Source: an uncultured virus (IMG/VR IMGVR_UViG_3300034102_000864) (Duplodnaviria; Heunggongvirae; Uroviricota; Caudoviricetes). Taken from it: 64,000 nucleotides of DNA. The DNA lies in IMG/VR virus record IMGVR_UViG_3300034102_000864, positions 1 through 64,000 of that record; one strand, 5' to 3'. Below, piece after piece: positions 48,496 to 58,078 of the stretch. A program made the position numbers and the translations under genes. A model generated the notes under the pieces. That model searched no databases. It was not told the DNA's origin and saw only the letters and a program-made list of their open reading frames with translations. Each line of letters begins with the position of its first letter. Position 1 is the stretch's first letter.

Positions 48496-50656
48496 TCAGA
48501 GTTTTAAAGCACCATCGATACCAAAATTGAGTAAGAAGAATATTTCTTCTTCGGTTCTTCGTGTGTCTTCTGCGGCCTCTTCTTCTTCCAACACATTAGA
48601 ATCAAAATCAAAAATTACAAAATTTTCTTTTAGACCATTTTCGTCAAAGTTAAATGAAAAAATTGAAACTATAAATCAACCAATATCTGAAGCACTTAAA
48701 CCTACTGAGCAAAGTAAAAATAATAATTCTGATGTACAAGGAGCACTTGTAGAGACAAATAGAATTCTTGTTGAGATACAGAAACAACTTGCTCTTGATT
48801 TTGCAATGCGAATTGCAGAAGAAAAGCAATCTCTTAAAAAAATAAAAGCATCAGAGGCAAAAAGAAAAGTCTTTGATAAAGAAAAATTTGTAGAAGGTGG
48901 AAAAAAATTAGTAGATACTGGAAAAAATATAGTTAATAAACTTACTCAACCAGTAAAGAGTATTTTTGATAAAATTAAAGAATTTTTTGGATTAATTTTA
49001 ACTAAAGTACTTTTAGGAGAAGCATTTAAGTGGTTACGAGATCCTAATAATAGAAAATTATTAGATGGAATTTTTTATTGGATAGGAAAAGCATTTATTC
49101 CTGCCGTCATTGCAATTATTGGTTACAAAGTTTTTAAGTGGGTAAAAAGACTTTGGATGATTGGAAAATTCCTTTGGAAACTTCCTGGAAGATTAATAGG
49201 AGTTATAGGAAAATTACTTACTGCTTTGGGTTTAAAAGGTGCTCCAGCAGCAACTTCTGCAGCTAGTGCAGCAACGTCTGCAGCAGTAAAGGCAAGTACC
49301 TCATCAGCATATGCAGCAACAAAGGCAGGAAAAGCATATGCTGGAATGCAGGCACAAAGAAACTTACCTAAATGGGCACAAAAGGCAGCAGGTGGAAGTG
49401 CTAGTAGATTTGCAGCATCTAATGAAAGAATTATTCAGGGCACAGCAAATCTAGGAGATAAATTAAGAGTTGGCTCTAGAATGAAGGGGATGCCTGGCAT
49501 TGGTCAGATTGCAGAAGGTTTTAGTGGTGGTGTAAAGGGAATTTTTGGTAAAGCTGGTGGTGCAATAAGTGGATTTGGTGATTCAATAACTACAAAATTT
49601 GTTTCACCAATTATTGATGTTGTACTACCAAAAGTTCCACCTAAAGTTAGACAAAAAGTTGCTGGTGCAGTGGCATCAAAAGGATTAAAAAGATTTCTTC
49701 CTTTTGTCAATACATTATTTGGAACTGTAGAAGGTGCCTCACGATTATTTAAGGGAGATATTGAAGGTGCATTAATATCATTTGCTTCTGCTATTCCAGT
49801 TGTTGGATGGGGTGCCCTGGCATTAGACATTTATAGGTCTGTTGATCCGGAGGGATATAAAAAGAATATAAGAATGGGAATGACCACAGAAGATATGAAT
49901 GCTGCTATTTCTCAGGGATTTGGTAGTATCGGTACAGGTATGTCTGCTGCAGGAATGGCAACAGGTGGTACAGTTCCTGGATCTGGATCTGGAAAGGTTG
50001 ATAGTGTAAAAACTATGCTTGCCCCTGGAGAAGAAGTTATTAATACGTCTTCTGCAATGTTATTCAGACCCTTGCTAAAAGATATTAATGACAATTCTGG
50101 AAGATTGTGGACTACCTTTAGTAAGGCAGTTCGTAAATTATCTGCAACTTCAGAATATCAAAAAGATGTATCTGAAGAGTATTCTAAGGTTATTGATGAA
50201 TTTAATGAAAATATTAAAAAGTCAATTGATAAAAAGAAGAAACCAAGACCAAATCCAAACCCAAGTCCACCAGTAACGACAACTCCCCCTCCTACCCCAT
50301 CTTTACCTCCACCAGCAACTCCAACTACATCTATTCCAGAAAAAGATAAAGAAAAGAAAGATGATAAACCAGCAGCTTTATCTGGTGGATCAATAACACC
50401 AGTGCAACCAAAGGATCAACCTGGGGCAAGTGTGACACCTGGTGGAGGATCTTCAATGTCTGGTGTCATACCACCAGATACATCTGGTGCTGGTGGTATG
50501 AATTTCTTACAAATGAATTTACCTGATGCTGGTGGAGTTCCTAGAATTCCTCAACCACCATCACAAGCAACTGATGTTTCTGTTATAGCACCATTTAATC
50601 CTATAAATCCATATATGAATGTTACTCCTGGATGGTATGGAATTCATATGAGATAA
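48485..50656 (+). CDS. Tape-measure-like / baseplate hub protein
   Basis: Helical Ala/Gly-rich body, hydrophobic segments, MATGGTVPG..G..DSV..ML.PGE.VI motif, Pro-rich tail. Confidence 0.55.
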   Translation: MEFNQSFKAPSIPKLSKKNISSSVLRVSSAASSSSNTLESKSKITKFSFRPFSSKLNEKIETINQPISEALKPTEQSKNNNSDVQGALVETNRILVEIQKQLALDFAMRIAEEKQSLKKIKASEAKRKVFDKEKFVEGGKKLVDTGKNIVNKLTQPVKSIFDKIKEFFGLILTKVLLGEAFKWLRDPNNRKLLDGIFYWIGKAFIPAVIAIIGYKVFKWVKRLWMIGKFLWKLPGRLIGVIGKLLTALGLKGAPAATSAASAATSAAVKASTSSAYAATKAGKAYAGMQAQRNLPKWAQKAAGGSASRFAASNERIIQGTANLGDKLRVGSRMKGMPGIGQIAEGFSGGVKGIFGKAGGAISGFGDSITTKFVSPIIDVVLPKVPPKVRQKVAGAVASKGLKRFLPFVNTLFGTVEGASRLFKGDIEGALISFASAIPVVGWGALALDIYRSVDPEGYKKNIRMGMTTEDMNAAISQGFGSIGTGMSAAGMATGGTVPGSGSGKVDSVKTMLAPGEEVINTSSAMLFRPLLKDINDNSGRLWTTFSKAVRKLSATSEYQKDVSEEYSKVIDEFNENIKKSIDKKKKPRPNPNPSPPVTTTPPPTPSLPPPATPTTSIPEKDKEKKDDKPAALSGGSITPVQPKDQPGASVTPGGGSSMSGVIPPDTSGAGGMNFLQMNLPDAGGVPRIPQPPSQATDVSVIAPFNPINPYMNVTPGWYGIHMR

Positions 50657-50657
50657 T

Positions 50658-52799
50658 ATGGAAAAAGAAATAACAAAGTTAAAATTAAATGCTACGAATA
50701 TTAAAAGTTCTTTGGTCTTTTCTAATAAAGAACTGAGAAAACTTAGAATTCAAAAAAATGATTTATTCGTGAGATTAGAAAAGCAAAAAGAATTAAGAAC
50801 AAAAGAACAAGCATTAGAAACACCTAAAATAGGTGCGGCATTTCAGAGACTAACATCTATTGTAACAACACCCGTCAAGAGTATTTTTGATCGTATACTT
50901 GAATTTTTTGGTTTAATTGCTCTTAAGGTTTTGATAGGTGAATTACCAAAACTTATCGATCAAGTTAATTCCTTTTTTAACAGTGGATTTGTAAAATCTG
51001 TTGGCAGTATCTTATCAATAATTGGAACTGGTCTTCAAAAAGTTGGTGAATTGATTGGTTTGATTCCAAAACAAGAACAAGATCAAATTATGAGTGATTT
51101 GAAAGAGATAGAGAAAAATGTAGATGATGATTTAAAATTAGCAGATCAATCTGATAAAGATATTGCTACATTGCAAAGGCAATTAAATCTCGCCGAAAAA
51201 CCAGAGAAACCAGAAAAACCACCAAAGCCAGAAAAACCATTACCATCTCCACCACCTACAAGAGAAGCAGTACAATCTCAAAAAGATAATTCTAAAACTG
51301 CTCAGTCTGGGGCATTCTCGGTTTCTACTCAAAATAGAGAAATACCAGCACCAAAACTAACACCAATGAGGGAAAATGTTCAAAAATTTGCTCAGGGTGG
51401 AACAGTTAAATCAGAAAACGAAAAAGGAAAACCAACATATCAACCAAAGAAAAGTATAGCACTAAAAACATCTCAACGTTCACTTACTGATGGATTTACT
51501 CAATTTTCTTCTGCTGTAAATAACATTTCAGATTCTGCAGAACGAGATGAAGAAAATATGCTTGCACTTGCCGAAGTATCAAAGAATTTTAATAAGTGGG
51601 ATTCAATGTTAAAATTCTTTGGTGGTGGAGATGGAGGTGATGGTGGAGATGGAGGTGATGGGGGTGGAGATGGAGGTGATGGTGGAGATGGAGGTGGATT
51701 AACTGTTGGTAAATGGGGTCCAATGCTTGATTTAATTGCTTCTGGTGAAGGTGGATATGATTCTGTTAATCCTGGTTTAGTGAGACCAGAAATTAGAGAT
51801 ATGAATCTGGGGCAATTACTTGATTTCATGGCAGAATCTAAACGTAAAAAGGGTGGTTCTGCAGCACTTGGGAGATATCAATTCATTAATCCACAATTAG
51901 CATATCAATTATCTGGATTGAATCCTAGTGAAAAATTTACTCCTGCAAACCAAGACAAAATGGCTGTTGCTTATCTTGAGAAAAAACGTCCTGGTAAAGA
52001 ATGGTTGGCGGGGAAAATATCAACTAGAGATTATATTGAAGAACTTTCTAATGAGTGGGGTGCTTTTAGAAGTTATAGTGGTAATGTTTTACCTGGAAAT
52101 AGTGGAAAAATAGGACCAGAAAAAATTGAAGCAGCATTAAAAAAAGTTAAAAAAGGTGGTTATTCTGCAGAAGAACTTTCTAGATCCATCGAACAAGTAC
52201 CACCAGGAAATACAAAAGTAGTTGTTTCAAGTAGATATGGTGTTCAAAGAGGTAGTAGAATGCATGGTGGAACTGATCTTTCCACCAAGCATGGCACTCC
52301 TCTTAGAGCAGTTGCAGATGGTAAAATTGTTGAAACTGGATTTGATGGGAAAGGATGGGGATACTTTTTAGTTTATAAAGATACTTCTGGTCTTTATCAT
52401 CTCTATGGGCATATGCCAAAAGGATCTTTCAAAACTAGTGGGACAGTTAAAAAAGGTGAAGTGATTGGTAAAGTTGGCTCAACTGGCAGATCTACTGGAC
52501 CACACCTTCACTGGGAAATTGGGAAAAGTTGGAACGGAACTATTGGTGGAAAATTTGATCCTTTGAAAATTTATAGCCCAAATGCACCATTTAATACTCC
52601 ATTACAAAGTGTTGCATCTAAACAAAATAAAACTTTAGTTACACCAAACCAACCACAAACTCCAGAACAAGCAGCAATGGTTATTTTTGCCAGACAACCC
52701 AGAACACAATATATTCCAGTTCCATTCCAACAACCATCGCCAGCAAGAAATTCATTGGCAGCACCCACACCGTCATTATCACCATTATGGGGAGGTTAA
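50658..52799 (+). CDS. Virion-associated muralytic protein (lysozyme-like plus M23 peptidase)
   Basis: E-GGYDSVN...A.GRYQF lysozyme-like motifs; HGGTD and STGPHLHWE M23 motifs. Confidence 0.8.
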   Translation: MEKEITKLKLNATNIKSSLVFSNKELRKLRIQKNDLFVRLEKQKELRTKEQALETPKIGAAFQRLTSIVTTPVKSIFDRILEFFGLIALKVLIGELPKLIDQVNSFFNSGFVKSVGSILSIIGTGLQKVGELIGLIPKQEQDQIMSDLKEIEKNVDDDLKLADQSDKDIATLQRQLNLAEKPEKPEKPPKPEKPLPSPPPTREAVQSQKDNSKTAQSGAFSVSTQNREIPAPKLTPMRENVQKFAQGGTVKSENEKGKPTYQPKKSIALKTSQRSLTDGFTQFSSAVNNISDSAERDEENMLALAEVSKNFNKWDSMLKFFGGGDGGDGGDGGDGGGDGGDGGDGGGLTVGKWGPMLDLIASGEGGYDSVNPGLVRPEIRDMNLGQLLDFMAESKRKKGGSAALGRYQFINPQLAYQLSGLNPSEKFTPANQDKMAVAYLEKKRPGKEWLAGKISTRDYIEELSNEWGAFRSYSGNVLPGNSGKIGPEKIEAALKKVKKGGYSAEELSRSIEQVPPGNTKVVVSSRYGVQRGSRMHGGTDLSTKHGTPLRAVADGKIVETGFDGKGWGYFLVYKDTSGLYHLYGHMPKGSFKTSGTVKKGEVIGKVGSTGRSTGPHLHWEIGKSWNGTIGGKFDPLKIYSPNAPFNTPLQSVASKQNKTLVTPNQPQTPEQAAMVIFARQPRTQYIPVPFQQPSPARNSLAAPTPSLSPLWGG
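51621..51698 (+). repeat. (GGD)n coding low-complexity repeat
   Basis: GGW GGW GAT tandem units. Confidence 0.9.
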
Positions 52800-52802
52800 T
52801 AA

Positions 52803-54083
52803 ATGTCTAGTGCATCACAAGCATCTACATACGAGATTTTCAAAATTCAAAAAAAGGGAAGACCTGCGATAGACATTACGGGTCAGGAAAAAATAGGACC
52901 AAAGACGGTTGGATTTAATTATTATGAAAGTTTATTTTCTCCAAGTGTAACTGCTACATTGAGTGTCATTGAAACTGGATCATCAGTTAATTATGATCCA
53001 AAATACGATAGTCAGTCAAGAATTGGAACACTTAGTTCTGCATTACCATTATCTGGAGATGTTTCTGTTGCTTTTAAAATCAGAAGTAAGTATGGAATTT
53101 TAGATTTTACAAAAAATTCACTTCTTTTTGATAAGATTATATCTCCAGGATCTGAATCTAACCGTGAAGCAATTATAATGAATTTGGTTTCTAAAAACTT
53201 TAAATTAAATGAAGAAGCAACGGTTTATAAAAAATATTCTGGAAATATAGGAAACAGTGTTCGTGGTTTGATAGAGGAGTATTTAAAAACTAATGTTGCC
53301 GTAGATCAAACTAAAAACTCATATTCATTCATTGGGAATGGAAAGTCTCCTTTTGAAATAATTTGCAAATTAGCATCTAAATCAATACCTGGGAAGGGAA
53401 ATCCTGGATATTTTTTCTATGAAACAAGATCTGGTTTAAATTTTAAATCAATCGATGAATTAATTCGTCAACAACCTGTCGCAAGTTACTACCGAACTGA
53501 TGTTTTAAGATCAAACATTGATAATGATGAAAACGATTTCAAAATTCTCTTTAAAACTGATGTTAGAAAAAGTGATCTTGCCAATCTCTTAAGATCGGGT
53601 GCCATTTATAGTAAGAATGTATTTTTTGATCCACAATCTTTTAAATATGAAGAAAAAATTGAAAATCTTTCTGAGAATCTTTCAACATCTTTAGGTAAAG
53701 ATCCTGTTTTACCTACAGTAAGTTCTTTTACGAGAACTCATTTTCATATAAAAGATATTGGTGCTTTGAGTCAAAAAATTCTAGATGATGTTAATAATGA
53801 TCCCAAAGAATGGCAAGCAAGATCGACAATGAGATATAATATGTTATTTTCTCAAGCAATTCAAATTCAGGTTCCTTGTAATATCAAATTAAAAGCTGGA
53901 GATATAATTATTTGCAATTTTGAGGCAGTTACTTCGGACAGTAAGATTCAAGGACCAGATCCAGTGATGAGTGGAAAATATTTAATTGTTAATTTATGTC
54001 ATCATTTTGATCCCTTAAGATCTTTTACTTCATTAACTCTTGCTCGTGATAGTTATGGTCTATATACTAATAAAAGCAAATAA
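52803..54083 (+). CDS. Baseplate hub protein (gp27-like)
   Basis: YYESLFSP, YFFYET..G.NFKSID.L, L.AGDII, SGKYLI..LCHHF...T.LTL.RDS. Confidence 0.65.
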   Translation: MSSASQASTYEIFKIQKKGRPAIDITGQEKIGPKTVGFNYYESLFSPSVTATLSVIETGSSVNYDPKYDSQSRIGTLSSALPLSGDVSVAFKIRSKYGILDFTKNSLLFDKIISPGSESNREAIIMNLVSKNFKLNEEATVYKKYSGNIGNSVRGLIEEYLKTNVAVDQTKNSYSFIGNGKSPFEIICKLASKSIPGKGNPGYFFYETRSGLNFKSIDELIRQQPVASYYRTDVLRSNIDNDENDFKILFKTDVRKSDLANLLRSGAIYSKNVFFDPQSFKYEEKIENLSENLSTSLGKDPVLPTVSSFTRTHFHIKDIGALSQKILDDVNNDPKEWQARSTMRYNMLFSQAIQIQVPCNIKLKAGDIIICNFEAVTSDSKIQGPDPVMSGKYLIVNLCHHFDPLRSFTSLTLARDSYGLYTNKSK

Positions 54084-54571
54084 TGGCTGATAGTTTAGCT
54101 CAAGTATATCTTTCAAAACCTTTTCTTGCTCAAGTTGCACCTGGTCAAAATCAATATCTCAAAGGTGCAAAATGGGATGAGGCTCATGGTGATAGAGTTA
54201 GAATAAGAATACCTGGAAAACATCCAAGCACTAATGAACTCAATGATGATGATTTACCCTGGGCTATTATAGCAAAACCAACATCACAAGGAAATCGTAA
54301 TGGTGGGTCTGTAGGTATATGGGGTGGTGAGTGGGTTTTGGCTTGTTATTTGGATGAAAGTGAGCAAGTTCCTATTATCACTCACGTTCTTGGAAATAAT
54401 TTATCCGATTATGATCTAAGAGAATCTAAAAATGGAACAACGGAATTTAAAAGAGTAGATCGATTTAATTATGGGTTATTACCAGCAAATCATCAAGTAA
54501 TTGGTGATGCAAAAAAACCATTTGGTCCTGCACAACCAACTAGAGATGAATTTAAAAATGCAATGAAATGA
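54083..54571 (+). CDS. gp5 N-terminal OB-fold-like baseplate protein
   Basis: RVRIRIPG.H...LPWA...GEWV...LD...QVPII. Confidence 0.7.
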   Translation: MADSLAQVYLSKPFLAQVAPGQNQYLKGAKWDEAHGDRVRIRIPGKHPSTNELNDDDLPWAIIAKPTSQGNRNGGSVGIWGGEWVLACYLDESEQVPIITHVLGNNLSDYDLRESKNGTTEFKRVDRFNYGLLPANHQVIGDAKKPFGPAQPTRDEFKNAMK

Positions 54572-54605
54572 GAAATAAATATCAACACAAGGAGGTGAAG
54601 TATTA

Positions 54606-56636
54606 ATGGCAGATCAGATTGGATCACAAAGTCAACCAGCAAGGGTTCCAGATCCTGTTGAAACACAACCAATACCTGTTTTAACAACATTAAGTACTGA
54701 AGACTTAAACAATATAGAAGCAACAAATCGTAATGTCATTACAGATTTGAATCAAATTCAATCTGATAGTTGGACTGATGAAGAGTGGAAATTATATACT
54801 GCCGCTGCTGGAAATATAAAAGCAGTTCAAGACGCTAAAACTGCAAAAACTTCTGATGATTGCAATACAAAGCAAACTGATAAAGGATATACATTATCTG
54901 ATTCAAAAAAATGTGAGGCATTTGTCAATTCTACGGCATATAAACAAGCAAGACAGACGCAACAAGAACAAATATCTTTACCAGATCCTTGTGGAACTTC
55001 TGAATTAGCAGGTATTAATACAGAATTACTTAAATTCTTTCAAAGACTTAAGGCAATTAAACAGTGGGGTCAACTTTATGTTAATGGCACCATTAATAAG
55101 GTTGGCAAAATATCAAGTTTAATAAGAAATAGTGCTAGTATCATTGGAGCAATTCTTAAAATTTTAATTCAAAGACTACGAGATTATCTAATAGGTAAAA
55201 TAAGAGCAGGTATACAAGATTTAATCGATTTACTTTTACCTACCGTTGCAAAAGCAATTAAAAATACAATCATTCAAAAAGTTGTAGATGCTATTTTCTG
55301 TAAGTTTAAAGATATCGCAGCTGGAATCGCAAATATGGTTGCTGATTTCTTATTTGAATTGATTGGAAAAATTGTTAATGTTCCATTTTGTGCAGCACTG
55401 CAATGGACAAATGCATTAGTTAATAAGTTGGCTTCACAAATTGACAAATCAATTGGTCCAATATTAGATCAAATTAATGATGTATTGGGTGGAGTTACTA
55501 AAATTGTTGGTAGTGTATTCCAAGCATTAGATTTTATTCTTGGATTTGAATCTTTCTTGTGTGCAAAACCAAATTGTCCAGAAATAAAAGATTTTAAAGC
55601 AGACCCTTTTTGGGGTGGACCAACACAAAAAGACATTGATAACTTTAATAATTTCTTACCTGTTCCTAGTGATTCTGATCTTATTGAAGGTGCCACTGGA
55701 TGGACAAAGGATCTTCCAATTTTTGGGGGTAAATTGGGACAATATGATGGAACATTACCTTCCAGTGTAATTCAGTGTGATACCACACCTTTCCGTTGCG
55801 GTCCACCATCTGTAGTAATTTTTGGTGGTGGTGGATTTGGTGCTGCAGCTAATGCTGTTGTTGATACAATGGGTCAAATTGTTGGTGTCGATTTAGCATC
55901 TCGTGGTTCTGGATATACAACTCCACCTTTTATTAGCATTGTAGATAATTGTCAAAATGGAAGTTATGCATCAGCATATGCGGAAATTAACGATGATGGT
56001 GAAGTTTCGGATATTGTTATCGTTAATCCTGGAAATGGTTATTTACCAGAACCCAATGGACTAGATGAGTTTGGTCAACCTATTGATTCTTCTACTAATA
56101 CTAATTTAAATTCCACACAAAATAATATAATTAATGACTATGTTATTTGTCTCTCTGGATTTAAAGTTCTTTCTACTGGAATAGGTTATAAAGCATCCGA
56201 TAGTATTAAAATCGCACCAAATATACCAGGACTGAACGCCACTGTAAGACTGACAGAATCTGGTCAAATTTTTGATATTAAACTCACGAATAAAGTATGT
56301 GGATTAACTGAAATACCAGAAATACAAATAAATAGTGAAATAGGTGCTGGTTGTGAAATCAAACCCATATTTGATATTATTAAAGTTAGTGAAACAAATC
56401 CTTTAGATTCTAGATCAATAGATGTCAATAATTCTGGACAATCTCAACTTTTAGATAGTCAACAAGTGGCTGATATTTCTATTGATTCAATCAGTAAAGA
56501 AGTTTTAGATTCAAATACACGTAGAGCTTTGGTTCAGGGTGAAATTGCAGATGAAACACAACTTTTTGCAACGATTCGATCTGGGTCTAGAGTAGGAAAA
56601 ACAAACATTGTAAGAGTTATTGATTGTGTGAGATAA
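54606..56636 (+). CDS. Baseplate hub/spike-associated protein
   Basis: Helical N-terminal half; Cys-rich CGPP..FGGGG.GA and GSGY..PP motifs; follows the gp5-OB ORF. Confidence 0.55.
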   Translation: MADQIGSQSQPARVPDPVETQPIPVLTTLSTEDLNNIEATNRNVITDLNQIQSDSWTDEEWKLYTAAAGNIKAVQDAKTAKTSDDCNTKQTDKGYTLSDSKKCEAFVNSTAYKQARQTQQEQISLPDPCGTSELAGINTELLKFFQRLKAIKQWGQLYVNGTINKVGKISSLIRNSASIIGAILKILIQRLRDYLIGKIRAGIQDLIDLLLPTVAKAIKNTIIQKVVDAIFCKFKDIAAGIANMVADFLFELIGKIVNVPFCAALQWTNALVNKLASQIDKSIGPILDQINDVLGGVTKIVGSVFQALDFILGFESFLCAKPNCPEIKDFKADPFWGGPTQKDIDNFNNFLPVPSDSDLIEGATGWTKDLPIFGGKLGQYDGTLPSSVIQCDTTPFRCGPPSVVIFGGGGFGAAANAVVDTMGQIVGVDLASRGSGYTTPPFISIVDNCQNGSYASAYAEINDDGEVSDIVIVNPGNGYLPEPNGLDEFGQPIDSSTNTNLNSTQNNIINDYVICLSGFKVLSTGIGYKASDSIKIAPNIPGLNATVRLTESGQIFDIKLTNKVCGLTEIPEIQINSEIGAGCEIKPIFDIIKVSETNPLDSRSIDVNNSGQSQLLDSQQVADISIDSISKEVLDSNTRRALVQGEIADETQLFATIRSGSRVGKTNIVRVIDCVR

Positions 56637-56637
56637 A

Positions 56638-57228
56638 ATGACACTTAAACCAGAACATACGCTAACAGATAATACCTATGGAACCATTTTTATGGGTCCT
56701 TCCGGTGACGAGAAGAATAATCCTGGAACACATTATGTGAGATCTTTGGCCAATGGAAACATTGAAATGCATACAAAACCAGGAAATAAATCTGAAATTA
56801 TTCAAGGAACAAATCATGAAGTTGTCGTTGGTTCAGTTCCTGGAGATGATCGAAAGAAAAAAGAAAAAGAAACTGTAGCAAGATCTATTACTGTTAAAGA
56901 TGGTGATATTGCTATCATTGCAGAAAATGGTAATATTAAATTAAAAGCTAAAAATATTTTTATTGAAACTGTTGGTGATGGTAATGATGGATCATTTATG
57001 GTAAAGGCAAACGAAGCCATTACAATGGTTGCTGGTGAACAAATGACTTTAGGTGGTGCAAAAATTTGTTTGTCAAGTGCAGACTCTATAACATTAAATG
57101 GTCAGGGTTTGCTTTACATTTTATGCAAAGATATTAGTGAGGGTTCCCCATTATCTGGATTATTAAGTAATTTTGTTCCTGGAGCAGTTTCAAAATTAAT
57201 CGATGCAATTGCGTTAAGTTGCAAATAA
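56638..57228 (+). CDS. gp5 C-terminal beta-helix-like spike protein
   Basis: GDIAIIAENGNIKLKAKNIFIE alternating beta-strand pattern. Confidence 0.55.
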   Translation: MTLKPEHTLTDNTYGTIFMGPSGDEKNNPGTHYVRSLANGNIEMHTKPGNKSEIIQGTNHEVVVGSVPGDDRKKKEKETVARSITVKDGDIAIIAENGNIKLKAKNIFIETVGDGNDGSFMVKANEAITMVAGEQMTLGGAKICLSSADSITLNGQGLLYILCKDISEGSPLSGLLSNFVPGAVSKLIDAIALSCK

Positions 57229-57237
57229 GGAGAAAAT

Positions 57238-58059
57238 ATGGCATTTACTAAACTTGAGAGTGGTACTTTAGACGTTTTTAGTCCTTTAGCCGGTGGAGCT
57301 CTTCTTTTTCCAAAAGGATTTTGGGAACCTGGAACTGCATCAATACATAAACTACATTGTGGTCAGGGAGCATCTGCAGTACCATTTTCTGCATCACTGG
57401 TTGTAGGACCATCTATAACTTCACCACTTTCAATTAACACTGTTGGAATGGAAGTTCTCACTGGAGTGAGAAATTTATTTGGTGTTGATACTACAGTTGG
57501 GCAAGATATTAGTCTTGGTGCATTGAATGTTGAATGGTCTTCTCTAGGGAATCATTTTACTGGTGCAGAATTTATAGTAAGTCCACTTGCAGAATCTGTA
57601 TCTCCACGAATACCTTTAAGTGCTTTAAGTGGTGATTTAAATGGTTTTTGGAAAGTCAATGGTCTTCCAGTATCTGGAGAACCTGATTTAACATCTGATG
57701 TAAGATTGAAGAAAAATATTGAGACCTTTAGTAATGGGCTAGAAATCATTCTTCAGTTAAATCCCGTTCGATTTGATTGGAGAGAAGATTTATGTCCTGA
57801 TTCTTTCTTAAATGAATATAGAGAACCAGAAGATGAATATGGTTACCCTGGAGAAATTAAAAGACAGTATGGTTTAATTGCACAAGAAGTAGAAACAATT
57901 GCACCAGATTTAATTGGTGAAAGAAAAATGTATGATGAAACATACAAGTTGATTAGATATGAAAAGATTGTTCCGATTTTAATTTCTGCCGTCAAAGATC
58001 AACAAGATCAAATAGATGAATTGAAGAGAGAAATACAATCTTTAAAAGAAAATAAATAG
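57238..58059 (+). CDS. Protein with C-terminal intramolecular chaperone (peptidase S74) domain
   Basis: TSDVRLKKNI, LNPVRFDW, GLIAQEVE, C-terminal coiled coil. Confidence 0.85.
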   Translation: MAFTKLESGTLDVFSPLAGGALLFPKGFWEPGTASIHKLHCGQGASAVPFSASLVVGPSITSPLSINTVGMEVLTGVRNLFGVDTTVGQDISLGALNVEWSSLGNHFTGAEFIVSPLAESVSPRIPLSALSGDLNGFWKVNGLPVSGEPDLTSDVRLKKNIETFSNGLEIILQLNPVRFDWREDLCPDSFLNEYREPEDEYGYPGEIKRQYGLIAQEVETIAPDLIGERKMYDETYKLIRYEKIVPILISAVKDQQDQIDELKREIQSLKENK

Positions 58060-58078
58060 ACAAAAAGTGAATTGAAAG

